A program made the translations under genes and the position numbers. The notes beneath the pieces are model-generated. The model made no database searches, was not told where the DNA came from, and worked only from the letters and a program-made list of their open reading frames with translations. DNA of 64,000 nucleotides from Nemertoderma westbladi (lineage: Eukaryota > Animalia > Xenacoelomorpha). Within the stretch, counting starts at the first letter, position 1; every line of letters begins with the position of its first letter. Location of the stretch: the NCBI GenBank assembly GCA_032718475.1, contig JAUCBJ010001059.1, positions 1 through 64,000 on the forward strand. The letters are read 5' to 3'. Below are positions 36,121 to 49,800 of this stretch, one piece after another.

Positions 36121-39100
36121 ATGGCATTATTCGTATCTGGAAGAGTCGCCGAACAGAGATTCGTAATGACATCAACGACTAGACTGTCACCCACTAACAG
36201 GTTGATTGATTGCACGAGGAGAACTTCATCTACTTTAGATAATAATAAAATTACCCGGGTAACATCTCTACCGAGTTTGAGTTTGTTAAAGACGCCCTTA
36301 CCCCCGTGTTGGTTATTGAGATATTCCGGTACGGGTATATTAAATCTTTCGGGATGTACCAATCGATCCTGGCCAACGCTATGCAACTCTAACTCGATAA
36401 TGTTAGTTAACACTGTAACAGTACAGCCTGACAGCAGTATGCTGGTATTAGAGTAGGCCTATGCACTCTATGCAGTAAATGGTAAATTATTTCTCATGTA
36501 AAAAAACCCTTTCAATGATAAAATGATATTACTAACTCAGTAACCACAGGTCCACAGCTGCACAGTGTGCACAAATATCGGTAGTTAGCAGTCATAAGTC
36601 TACCACTACGTGGCGGATTCAGTGGGGTTTGACTAAATACGCCACCGACAGGCCGACACCTTTCGCATCCCACCGACAACAAAAGACACAAACCGACAGG
36701 TAAAATCGCAAACCGACAGTCTGACAGTATCTGAGTATGCCGACACCATTGGCAATGTAGTAAACTATTTCAGTACATGATTATACAATTCTGCAATTTT
36801 AATTTCCAGTCAAAATATTTATAACAAAGTATATTGTCCACTGTCGGCCTGTTGTAGATGGTGTAATTACTAATTAATTAGTCATCATCATGGCTTATGG
36901 CAGTATGGGGATACAAAAAGGGTTGAATATTTATGACTTATGAAGTGGCCATCCTTGGGTGTTTGTTTCACATCCCTTCCTTTTAGGTAACATCCAAGAG
37001 AGAAAGGAGCTTCCGTTGTTTCGTATTTCACTTCCTTCATGTTCACGTCATCACGTCATGTAGGTAAAAAATACCAATTACTGCACACAATTGTTCAGCT
37101 ATATGAAAAGTAATAAATTCCAAAGATAGTTCCGCGCCCAGGTTACCAGGGTCACCTCCTTTGACTACTCTATGATAAAGTAATAAACTGACTTATGTAA
37201 ATGTTGGTTATGCAACCAGCCTGCAACATCAGTGCAACATTATCAGTCATGCCGCAATATACCGCAATTCCAGTCCTCTCTACGGGTTGCCCCCTTCTTA
37301 ATGACGCTCAACAGAGTAAGAGATGTAACTAAATAACAATTTTAGATTTTACATATTATTTATTTATTTATTTCTAATTTTTATATTTCATCAGTCAGTT
37401 GTTCCGTATATTTTATCAGTCAGTTGTTCTGTATATTTTATCAGTCAGTTACTCCGTATATTTTATCAGTTGTAAGTAATTAATAAGTCGGTTGAACGGT
37501 ATATTTTATCATCAGTTGTTCCGTATATTTGACCAGTCAGTTTCATTTGTTCCGCATATTTTATCAGTCAGAGTTATTCAACATATTGCAACATCGACAT
37601 CGACGAATATTCCTTATATGTTGTGCTATATTTGAAAATATTCATATGTATGAATAAAAAAAAATAATAATAATAAATTTCGGCATTGTATCCTACATAC
37701 TATACTGAAGGTCAGAGTACAGGAACGAAAACCGCAGAAATATACCACCGACAACAGTCAACAATCTGACTAGTGACTTACCCTCGAAAACAAATAATAA
37801 TAGCAATACACCGATATATGAAAAACGTTAATGATTTTAATTAACCATTAGGCCTACGTTATGAAATAGGGCCTATAATAATTTAAAACATAGTTTATGA
37901 AGGCGGTATTATATTTTAAAGAAATTATGATGACTAATGACACCACCCTGCCATTGACAACAGGCTGACAGTGGACAATATACTTTGTTATAAATATTTG
38001 GACTGGAAATTAAAATTGTATAATAATTTACTGAAATAGTTTACTAACATTGCCAAACGTGTCGGCATACTCTGATACTGCCGGTTTGCGAATTTACCTG
38101 TCGGCTTGCGTCGGTTTGTGTCTTTGGTTGTCGGTGGTATGGGAAAGGTGTCGGTGGTTGTCGGTGGCGTATTTAATTTAGTCAAACCCATTCAGTGGCT
38201 GGGGGGGGGGGGGGGGGGGGGGGCATCGGTGCTCCACTACCACTAACAAACCTGCAAACATGGAACTGGAACTTTGCAAATGCGTGAATTTCAGAAACAA
38301 ACACTTTTTTCAGTTGCTATTTAATTTCTGAATTAATCGTATCAATTACTGGTCTGTCGGTAGCGACGGTACTGCTACAAGTAGCAATTGATAATTAAAA
38401 GTAAAAGTAGTAATTGGGGTGGGGGCGGGGCCTGGGGTATTGAAATATGTTGTGCGGGCCGCGCACCCATTCCCAGAGCGCTAAAAACCTTGCTCCTCCA
38501 CCTCCACTGACTGTTGACTATACAGCGTAGGCCTATTTATTGCAGGGGGGTCTATTCCACGACTATATTGTATATTTAATTGTCAGTAATTTTAACTGGT
38601 AGTTTTCATCTCCATTAGGAACTACACAACGTCAGCTAAACCCACGTCATTCGTTGTTCAGGACCAAGATGATTTTAAGGAGAAGGTTCTAAAAAACACA
38701 GATCGTTTAGTTCTGGTCGACTTCTTTGCAACGTAAGTGTTAATCTGTAATCTGATCCTTCTACCTAATTGTTCCATATCCGTGTTCTACCTGATTGTTC
38801 TCTATCTGCGATCTATACCTACCTAATGTGGTGTTATGTGGTGGCTTAGGGGGGTATGTGGTGTTACCATCACCCCATCGTCATTATGATGATATAAGGA
38901 CATGTGTAAAACATTATTTATTATTAAATTATGATAAGAATGGTGCAAGGACTCCCCATAAAACTTTGAACTTCAAACTTATAGATTGTGGTAGATATTT
39001 TCCACCTTCTCTACTGGGGCAACACTAGTTCAGTTGGTGAGTAGCCCACAATGAGAACCACATTAGGAAACTTCTTAGCAAGTCTTCCAGAACATGAGAA

Positions 39101-39912
39101 GTGGCAAGGGATGATGCGGACGCGGTTGGAGATATTTGGATTTTGTCCAATGCTGTATATGCAGTTGGATTCATCGATAGACCAATTCCGCCATTACCAC
39201 TATCATCAGCTGCTGATGTGAAGGCAATTCCGGACCTCGCCAGTCTGCATTCGGGGCTCTTGAATTCCCACTGCGCCAAGGGAAAGCTTGGCTTCCATGG
39301 TCGCATTGGGGACCCGAGTGTTAACTGATTGTACCATATCTGCGTTATATACCTCTACCTTCTACCTGACGTACCAGAACCCTCCGCTACGTGTTTGTTA
39401 CGGTAAGGCAGCCGCATTATTAACAAACTAAGTTTCTATCGAGGAGGTCCTCCGATCTGCTCAGTTGATTTTTACGATTTTGCCTCAGGACATTTTCTAA
39501 ATCATAAAACTGCTAAGTAGGGAGAGAAAGCGTGAAAGAAGTGTTTCATGTAGATTTACTCGTATAAAACACGAAGCCCAATGGCTTGCAAGTACATGTA
39601 CAAGTAGTTGTTAGGTGTAGACAACTAGGTTAACGTATAACGGGGATATACGGATTAGGTTGTATTTCTCTTTCCAGATGGTGCGGTCCATGCAAACTTC
39701 TTGGACCTAGATTGGAGCAGGCTGTAGCTAACAACCCCGACACCGTTGTACTGGCGAAGGTAGATGTGGACGAACTGGGGGACCTGGCCATGGAGTACAA
39801 TATATCCTCCGTCCCGGCTGTTTTCGCTTTCAGGAAGGGCCAAGTTGTCGGGAAGTTTGTGGGAGTTACGACTTTACAAGAGCTTCAACAGTTTATAGAC
39901 GCGCGGAGTTAG
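36121..39912 (+). CDS. TXN2: Thioredoxin, mitochondrial (Trx2), 3 coding exons
   Basis: Exons 38619-38732 (SFVVQDQDDFKEKVL...LVDFFAT) and 39678-39912 (WCGPCKLLGPRLE...AKVDVDELGDLAMEYNISSVP...KFVG) are secure. Exon 1 at 36121-36200 (MALFVSGRVAEQRFVMTSTTRLSPTN-R, transit-peptide-like, phase-2 donor AG|GTTGAT) is inferred and gives 142 aa. Confidence 0.85.
36625..38189. mobile_element. Non-autonomous DNA transposon with ~270-bp TIRs and 8-bp TSD (Mutator-like)
   Basis: GGGTTTGACTAAA...TTTAGTCAAACCC termini, inverted similarity 36625-~36890 vs ~37925-38189, TSD ATTCAGTG at 36617-24 and 38190-97, internal ~25-bp repeats at ~37385-37570. Confidence 0.82.
39025..39330 (-). mobile_element. Possible LINE APE-endonuclease remnant in TXN2 intron 2
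   Basis: TSAADDSGNGGIGL resembles the S..GxGGVG segment of RTE-type endonucleases. Short and degraded. Confidence 0.45.
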
Positions 39913-40892
39913 GGGGAGTTTCATATTGATGTAGTTCGTTGTGGCGCCGTTCGGGATGCAGTGCGTTGTGCGGATTATGTTGCGTCAAGGGCAGACAACG
40001 TTACGCCAACATAAATAGTTGTGCGATAAAACGTAATAATTATCAATTGTTTTTGTGAGTACCCCATTGCCCTCTGACTGGCTAATAGTAATTTTTTAAC
40101 TGTTCACTGTTGCTAGAGTTTCATTTGATAGCCATACGATTTGAGCAGTCCGCAGATCTTTTTAACAACGAAAGTCTCTATGTTAGTGATTTTATTATAA
40201 ATTTGACACATTTGTAATTTGTATACCCGACTGGCGGTTCGGTTCTAAATTAAGATGGTTTAACAGATGGAATTGTAGATCAAAATAATGTCGGGAAGTT
40301 ACTTTATTACTATAGCGGTCGGTTCCCCTTCATAGTAAATAATTAATTCGTCGTAAAATATGTTTAAATTAAGTAGGACAGCTGGTGTAAGGTTACAGTA
40401 CAGTAGGAACCCAAGCGAATAATAATTATGCTTTTCTATCATAAATTGTTCTTTAATATTTAACAAAATATACTAAATATTCTACAATGAGTTGTATATA
40501 CTCGTACGTAAACTAAACAAACACATAAATGTTTAAAAATAATAACCTATCTTCTTTTACCCAAAAGTCCTCCACAGGGAGGGGGGAGAGGATTCGAACA
40601 AACCTTATGTCGCGGCTATTTCTCCATAAAATTATTTATGCAGAAAATAATTAGTGGTAGATTTGGTCATAATCTGAAAATGATTGAATCTCTTGTCCGA
40701 TGTGCCGCAAAATGAAAAATTAGGTTTTATGCTTAAGATAATGAAATATATTCCCGAGTTAGATGCCCCCCCCCCCCCCCCTCCCCCCCACCCCCCCTCC
40801 CCCGGGTAGATACGGTTTACATCTTAAAGATAAACATAAAATACTAACTGGATGACCCGGGCCCAGGCCCTGCAATTATCTGCAGAACTTCA

Positions 40893-43800
40893 TCACGAAT
40901 AGTCAATTGAGTCTAGAAATGAGTCAATCTCTGAGTCAGTCATAGTCCGTGGCAATGTGGGCAAAAGGGGGATCAGTGGTGACAAAGACATCTGGGACCT
41001 GGTAACCGCATTATGGGTGTTTGGGCTCGCCGCAATCCTGGGCTTTGGTCTCAGCACCAAACTCTTGCTGTGTGGTTCAGCTACAGTCGGTTGCTTTGGT
41101 TTCGTTACAGTCTGGGCGAGCGTGCCAGGGGTACTGCAACCTACCAGCCCCCGCTGGGATAACTTAGACGGGTTGCCACAGACACCAGGCGAAGCTTTTC
41201 CGTTCTCCGCCGCTGACCTAAGCAATCTATTTGGCACATTTTTTCCATTCGAAATATTTTCGGCATTTCGTCCGTCTCCTTTATTATTCCGCTGTAACCG
41301 CAGTCCCGACGTGGAGGAACTCATCTTCGTAACCGTCGATTTATCCCCAACCAACGTGACGACGTCGTTGGGGGTGGATTGCCGAACTCGGACGTCGTCA
41401 ACTGAACGCCGATATCGCGATCTAGGGGAACCCTTTACTGAGTGACCCTTAATATTCCTACCTCGAGAGAATTCGTTCCCAACCGCTGATGTACCCAAAC
41501 TATCGTTCTTGCTTCCCTTAGGGGATGGTAACTTTGCTATGACTACTGATAACGGAGTAGTAGCTATAGAAGTATTTTCAGTTTCATTGACACCTACATC
41601 ATCGGCACCACCTGTAAATGATGATAAAATCGACTTTAAATTAAGTTTACCTCTCGTCGACTGCGGTAGATTCTCTTTAACTCCACTGCTATCAACATTT
41701 CCGGGTTGACGTTCTACACTTTTACTTTTTCCCTTTGCTTTGTAGGCTATCATGAGTTTTTTAGGACGTCCAACTGGTCTACTAGACCTAACCGGCACAG
41801 AGCTACCACTGGAATTGCGTCTATTCTTCCCTGGACTGCTAGACTTTAGTCGTTTTGGTTTTCTTCTAGATTTCCTAGGACTCGCACAATGTTTATTGCT
41901 TTGGTTATCGGTAGGCACTTCAATACGCCGAACTGTCTTCACGTCAGTGTAATATTTCTCCAAACAACCTTTAACAATCTTTGTTTTGTGACGGCCGGAC
42001 TTGGTGGACCCACCCGATGCACCGCTTACGATCCTCTTCATAATCCGACGCTGAGCTTTCATTTTCTCGAACATTCTTGTCGGCGTAGGTTTGATGCGAT
42101 CGTATGAAAGAACAGCAGCGTTATCAATTATGATGCACTCATCGCTTATTTGTTTCGAAGTAATATTCCCTTCCTCATCACCTGTACCAAGTAAATAAAC
42201 AACTTTATTGCCATTTTTCGAACAATTGGGATCTACGTTATTTTGAATATTGTTATGACTCCCTGTTTCTAAAGTAAAGGAGTCAACCTGGTCTGGTTTT
42301 CTGTACGCAAATTCATCAGATGCCACGTCTGATATAACGTGCTCCTTACAGATAGAAGCCCGGACGTTGGGTGCTGCTGTAAGTTCAACCTTCTCTCGAA
42401 ACTGATCTGAATAAATAGAAGTTAGCCAAGCCGGCATAGACGACAGATCAGACCACGAGTTTAACTCCCTATCTTTAGAAAAAGAATTAAAATTCCCTCC
42501 TGTTGGTTTTACTAACGCGTCAAATTCCGCAAAGAATAAATCAGATTTGCAACTTTTAGTACCTCTTGCACTGTCCGATGTTTCGTCCAACACACTAGCA
42601 CCGGTCTGTGGGATATCATCGTCGCTGCATTCAACTTCCGTGTATATAGAAACCGGAGACAATGGAATACACTTTGTTTGAGATAAATCGAAAGATGAAA
42701 GTTCATTGAAACGTTGAGAGTTTAAGTTGACAGAGTTACTTAACATTGTCGGTGACTGAGGGGAACTATCTTTAGAAGATTTACATGCTGCGTTTGTATC
42801 TAGACGACCGTTGCTATTGGTAACTGGTTTCAATCCCAAACATAGTAAGTATTCCTGCTTCCTCATCCCTGCACCATAATAATCATTTACTGCTGACAGA
42901 GTTTCATTCGGTGTCTCACAAGGAATAGGAGAAGCAGGAGATTCCTCTGGAAAGGAAACTCCACGAGATTCCGCTGCGACTCTGTCAGTTGTTTTATTGT
43001 TTCTCATACTTTCCCGTTCGATGTTATGGCCTATTGATTGATTCTCATTACAATCGATAAGAACAACTCTCAGATCCTTGAGTGTAGAATTATCCTGGCA
43101 GAGAGGTATATTTACGGGCGACCGCCGGATAAAAACCTCAGACTGTTGTTGTGGCAACGATGGCGGTGAATGTGTGTTCTCTATGTGATCGATACAATCA
43201 GTTAATGTACCAGCGTGGCTGGTGATGAGGCCAGCCCCAGCTCGCATTGTTTGCTGTTCCATAGGTTGCACCTGATTTGGTTCCAAATGAATGGAGTGGA
43301 CCTGATTTGGTACTAACTGAATAGGTTGCACCTGATTTGGTCCCACGCCCAATAGAATGGGTTGCACCAGTGTGGTTTGACCATTGGGTGGAATATTCGC
43401 AACGGTAAGTGAAGGAGAGGCCAGTGGCAGTTCGCGAACAACTACTGCATTCGGTGGTTTACTGACAATGGTCGCTAGGCGGGGTTTCTTTGATTCGGGA
43501 AGTTGTTCAACAGCTCGACGCTTCCGAGTGGATTTTCTTGGTTGGGAAGTGACTCTTCCAGTTAGTCCTTCCGCTGTTGTAGAGACCATAGGACCACCAC
43601 TAGATGCATCTATACCGTCTCCCATTACATTAGGGTTAGAGTAACAAAGAGGAATATAAGAAGCCGTCCCAGTGGAACATAAATCCAAAGATCTGTCTTG
43701 AAGGTAATAATTAAAATATATATTGGTGAATTGATCGCTAATATATGAACTGGTTGCTGTTGTGGTTGTTGTCACGTCTGTTTCAGTGGAACTTCCGGTG

Positions 43801-46800
43801 GCAAGGGCGACGACGCGTCCGACAGTACTAGTGGTGCATCCGATGGTACTAGTGTGTCCGGTACTAGTGTGTCCGAAGCTATAAGTGGCTTGTCCGACGG
43901 TACTATTGGTAAGTCCGGTGGTATCAGTTGTGTGACTGACAGTATCCGCTGTGTGTCCGACGGTACTAGAGGTGAGTCTGACGGTATTGTGGGTACATCC
44001 AGCAGTGTCTGCGGTGCATTCGTCGGTACTTCTAGTGTTGCATCGGACGTTATCGGTGGTGTGACCGCCGTTACAATCGGACGAAGAAATCGGTTTATGG
44101 TGAATCAATCCCCCAGCTGGCAGGATGTGACGGAGTCCTCTAGTGGTGGGCGTCAGACGAGGCGGATCCATAGCGACTGGGGCCCCAGATGGCGACATTC
44201 TAATGGGTCTCGGTCTCGGTGTCGATAAAACCGAAGCCAACGGACGAGGAGTTGTTGTTATAGGTTCCACAGATACAGTGCTTCGGCACAGGAATGGCTC
44301 TACCGGATACGCAATAAAGGGAGGGTAATTTTCGCTAAATGAAACTGTATCAATTATTTGCGGCTTTTTGGAAGGTCTAGATGACTTTATAGGAGACTTT
44401 GTTGGTGTGGATACAACCCTGGAAGGTAGTTGCGATGGAGTTGAAATAACTTTTGTACTCAAATATTGTTGTATTGGAGGTTCTGAAACATTTAATGATG
44501 TCGTTACAAAATATAAATCGTCACGGTTTATGGTGGTTAGAGACCTTCCACGGGATGATGTGGGCGCCAACGATACTGTTTGTGTACTCGGAGTGGATTG
44601 TATCGGCGAATGAACTATTGTAGGAGGCGTTATCGCTGAACTTGGTGGAATTATATTTAGAGATTCTTTCTGATGAATTTCTAATGGATCGTTCGACACA
44701 TCGGCTGCAATCATGTCCAACAGTTGGTCCAGAGCGGGGTCGGTGGCTGCATCGAATGCGAGCTTACTGATCGAGTCAGTGGGCATGGAAAGCAACTCAT
44801 CGAGGGAAGGGTTCTAAAATAAACAGAACATAAAACATGAGTTGTAGCTAAACAACACATTGATACATTGATAAAGAAAACTAACCAATGAAAAATCTTG
44901 CAAGGGTCAAAAATCACTAAAAGTGGCCAAAATTAGGTTGAGATTTTCGTCAACAATTTTTTCTTTCAAAACCTATAAACATATCATTCGAAAGCGCTTT
45001 TTAAGGAGAATGCGATGAGCACGGTGTGCAGCTTTAAAAATTAACTTACTAATTATATTTGGGTTTTAATTTGGGTTTTAAGTTAAGTCCCCCCTGTAAT
45101 GCAATTTCCGTATAGAAATAGTATAGAACATTACAGGTGGGACGCATTACAGGGGGGCTACATTTTTTATAAGGAGAGTATAGAGCATTACAGGGAGGGG
45201 GGGGGGGGGGCGCATTACAGAGGGGACATTTCCTGCTTGTTTTTATCTCTTATTTCAATAAACTTCTACATATTTTACAATGTTTGGGCAAGATGAAAAG
45301 CCCGCGCGAAATTTCCTTTTCAAAGAGACCAAATATAAGACTTCAAAATTTCTTGGGAAGAATTTATTGACATTTAAGTGGCATTACAGGGGGGGGGGGG
45401 GGGGGCAAGCGGATCACCCCGACTTTATAACTTTTAACTACCACTACGTGAATATGCTAACATGCAATTGGCTGAAATTTGGACAGCGAACATAGGAAAG
45501 ATGGTTCTTTCATATATCCAGGTTTTTATGATTGGAGCTGTGAGATGATCATAGTTAACCAGGTCCATTACAGGTGGGACACAAAAAACAATACAAATGT
45601 CTAATGCTTATTCTTACTGACCTTAGATACATTGCACTGAAAAAAGTAACTACATCTCGTTTGAAAAAGTGCCTCTATCAATTATTAGTGGCATTAATTA
45701 ATTTTGAAAGTTGCGATTTTACTAAACTGCAATTTTTTTCGAAATATGAAATTATTTATTTTTCCAAATTACAAAAACTAATTTTGTTAAATTTAATTAA
45801 ATGTACTTCAAGACTATACCAGGTTATGTAAATTACTAAATATATTAAAGTTCCACTTTTTTGAATTTCTGTAAAAAGGTGCGCTTTTAAACAAGGTTTA
45901 TGTGTTGTAAAGTGCTACTTTAAAACAAAAAAAATTAAAAAAGTACCCTAATCAGTAAACAGTTACGATTTTAAACTTTTAACGCAAACGTGACCCATGA
46001 AAATGTGAATATTGTGTAAAAAGATACGATATGCTTTAAAGGAAACAAACCATATCTTAGGAGGATTGAAGAGCCTCAATATTATTTATTGTTGTCCATG
46101 GACAACAATAAATAATATATTCGCTTCTGCAGAATTTTATGCTCTTTCAAATGGTATATAGATATCAACATATCTGGTTCGTTAACATTATAAAATTTAA
46201 ATGCTTTTAACTTATTGAGTGTCTACACTGAAGAATCTATGTTTTTTCGAATTCGCGCAGATATTCTGAATATTTTTAAACAAAATATACACCCCCGTTC
46301 GGGGTAAATAAGCACAATAAAATAAAGTTAGACATTATATGACATTGTCATTGTCCCAATCACAAACGAGTACGAATATCTTGGAGTTACAATGCAACCA
46401 ACCATTTGCTTCACTCGTGATATCTTAAAGAAAAAGCGTACAGCGCCATAGGTTGTCTTAATAATCTCCCTCTCATTGACTCCGGCCTCCAAATATTCAA
46501 AGCAAAAATCGCCCCAATTATATTATATGCTATCACAGAAATCTCCCCGTTCCTAACTCTAGCTAACCTGAAAGATATCGACAGGGTCAAATCAATGTAT
46601 TGCAAACGGATGCTCAGCTTACATAAATCGGCCTCATCTACAATGGTTCTAAATCTGTTAAATCAGAGTACCCTGGTTCAAGACATCCTCAGAGATTCAC
46701 CAGCTTCAGTACTCTGACAAGACTGTCTTAAATAATTATAACGCATTCCGGATGGAACGTGAACAGAATTTCGTTTCCGAACAACACACGCGAGGGCCGG

Positions 46801-49800
46801 CGTTCAACAACTCGTCGTGGCGCCGACCTGGTCAACGAAACAGACACGTCATAACTCGCGCTACAGCTCACGGATTTCACCTCCTCCTTTGTACTGACCG
46901 CTGCCCATTCCATGACCTATCTGGCTCGTGTTGCTGTCGCTACTGCAACCATTCTTCCAAGGACCGATATCACGTACTCGTATGCCCATCCTGCCCCTCA
47001 CTCGCTACTCTCGCCCAACTATAGCTGCTCAACACGCTCCTTTTATCTCATTACTAACTACAGTATATGGTGAAGGGTTGGACAGTATAACGAGTTATAT
47101 ATGTCCACATATAATGTCTATTCTGAATATTTAATTCAAGGTAGCGTTGCAAAAAAATGGTGTTCAATAACACCGAAAAATTCCGGTCATTCTAAGATAT
47201 AAATTATTGGAAATGATCGAGGAAGTCAAAAGTTACGGCGTGTCTAATGTTTTTGTTAAGTTTTGGCCACTTTTAGTGACTTCCACAAACAGATTTCCTG
47301 TATCTATATGATCCCAGTATTTCTTTCCAAAGATTCGTCAACTTAGACTGCCATTGGTTAAACTTTCGGAATTACCCTATCTACATACACAGCACAGACG
47401 CATACTTGGTATTTCGTACCCACAGACGGGTTCTTATTACCACATAAATACTGAATCAAACACTTAATATTTTGAACGCCGGTCCACCCGATTAAGATAA
47501 CTCTTAAGTTTAACTAACCAATATTGTAAGAGAACCCTCATCGTCGCTGTTAACATTATCGTCGAACTTGTATGTGCCTGTCGTGGTTTTGTTAAGCTGC
47601 TGATCGGTTTGCTCTATACGTGTTTTATTAATATTAAACGCCAAACGAGATGAGAAACCCTCGTTACTAATCAATTCCTCAATGATTTGCTAAAAATTTA
47701 ATAAAATAATTGTATACAGTTAACAAACGAGCAATTATTAAACGTTATGCACCAAATACTCCGCTATAAACCATTTAAGGGGTTCAACTCCCGTCCCCTC
47801 CGTCCCTTTGTCTTCATCGTTACTTGAACTTACTGTAATCGCGTCCCCATCCGATGTAACATTCCTCGCATCTTTCACCGCAGTCTTTCCTTTCACTACT
47901 CGGGTTTTTGCCTTTCTAGGTGTTCGCATCTTAATTCTCGCCTTAGCAACTGGATTCGGTATCTTATCAACAACTGATAAAATAAAACAAATTAATACTG
48001 GCAGACTGGCTATAAGACTCATTAATACAATTTATCAAGTTTCTGTTTTATTATTATATTAAATCCGGTTTATTTATTTTTAATCAGGATTTAATCATCA
48101 ATATATGCAGTCATGGTTTAAAGATTCTTCGATAAAAGACACCTTCATTATTTATAAGAACACAATATGGCTGAAATTCAAGTAACATGTAATAATATCA
48201 ATCAAAGGTCATAATCTACCATTATAACAAAAAAAAGGATAAAATTCATTAATCAAAATCGTAAAATTTTAAATAAGATGAAATTTCATTTATTATGGAA
48301 TGCATCCGGCTGTACGCGGTACAGTGTTACAAAATGTACCGTAACAGATACGGAACGCATCCGACTGTACGCGGTACAGTGTTACACAATGTACCGTACC
48401 AGATACGGAATGCAACCGGCTGTACGCGGTACAGTGTTACACAATGTACCGCACCAGATACGGAACGCATCCGGCTGTACTGTACGCGGTACAGTGTTAC
48501 ACAATGTACCGCACCAGATACGGAATGCATCCGGCTGTACGCGGTACAGTGTTACACAATGTACCGCAACAGATACGGAATGCATCCGGCTGTATGCGGT
48601 ACAGTGTTACACAATGTTCCGCACCAGATACGGAATGCATCCGGCTGTACGCGGTACAGTGTTACACAATGTACCGCAACAGATACGGAATGCATCCGGC
48701 TGTACGCGGTACAGTGTTACACAATGTACCGTACCAGATACGGAATGCAACCGGCTGTACGCGGTACAGTGTTACACAATGTACCGTACCAGATACGGAA
48801 TGCAACCGGCTGTACGCGGTACAGTGTTACACAATGTACCGCACCAGATACGGAACGCATCCGGCTGTACGCGGTACAGTGTTACACAATGTACCGCAAC
48901 AGATACGGAATGCATCCGGCTGTACGCGGTACAGTGTTACACAATGTTCCGCACCAGATACGGAATGCATCCGGCTGTACGCGGTACAGTGTTACACAAT
49001 GTACCGCAACAGATACGGAATGCATCCGGCTGTACGCGGTACAGTGTTACACAATGTACCGCACCAGATACGGAATGCATCCGGCTGTACGCGGTACAGT
49101 GTTACACAATGTACCGTACCAGATACGGAATGCAACCGGCTGTACGCGGTACAGTGTTACACAATGTACCGCACCAGATACGGAACGCATCCGGCTGTAC
49201 GCGGTACAGTGTTACACAATGTACCGTACCAGATACGGAATGCATCCGGCTGTACGCGGTACAGTGTTACACAATGTACCGTACCAGATACGGAACGCAT
49301 CCGGCTGTACGCGGTACAGTGTTACACAATGTACCGTACCAGATACGGAATGCAACCGGCTGTACGCGGTACAGTGTTACACAATGTACCGCACCAGATA
49401 CGGAACGCATCCGGCTGTACGCGGTACAGTGTTACACAATGTACCGTACCAGATACGGCATGCATCCGGCTGTACTGTACGCGGTACAGTGTTACACAAT
49501 GTACCGTACCAGATACGGAATGCATCCGGCTGTACTGTACGCGGTACAGTGTTACACAATGTTCCGCACCAGATACGGAACGCATCCGGCTGTACGCGGT
49601 ACAGTGTTACACAATGTACCGTACCAGATACGGAATGCAACCGGCTGTACGCGGTACAGTGTTACACAATGTACCGCACCAGATACGGAACGCATCCGGC
49701 TGTACTGTACGCGGTACAGTGTTACACAATGTACCGCACCAGATACGGAATGCATCCGGCTGTACGCGGTACAGTGTTACACAATGTACCGCAACAGATA

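Noticed and set aside
36096-36413. 105-aa minus-strand ORF
   Set aside because: No recognisable motif, non-ATG start, and it overlaps the inferred TXN2 exon 1.
9783-39912. Mitochondrial functional cluster (Drp1 + TXN2)
   Set aside because: Two genes separated by unrelated ones; nothing beyond chance.
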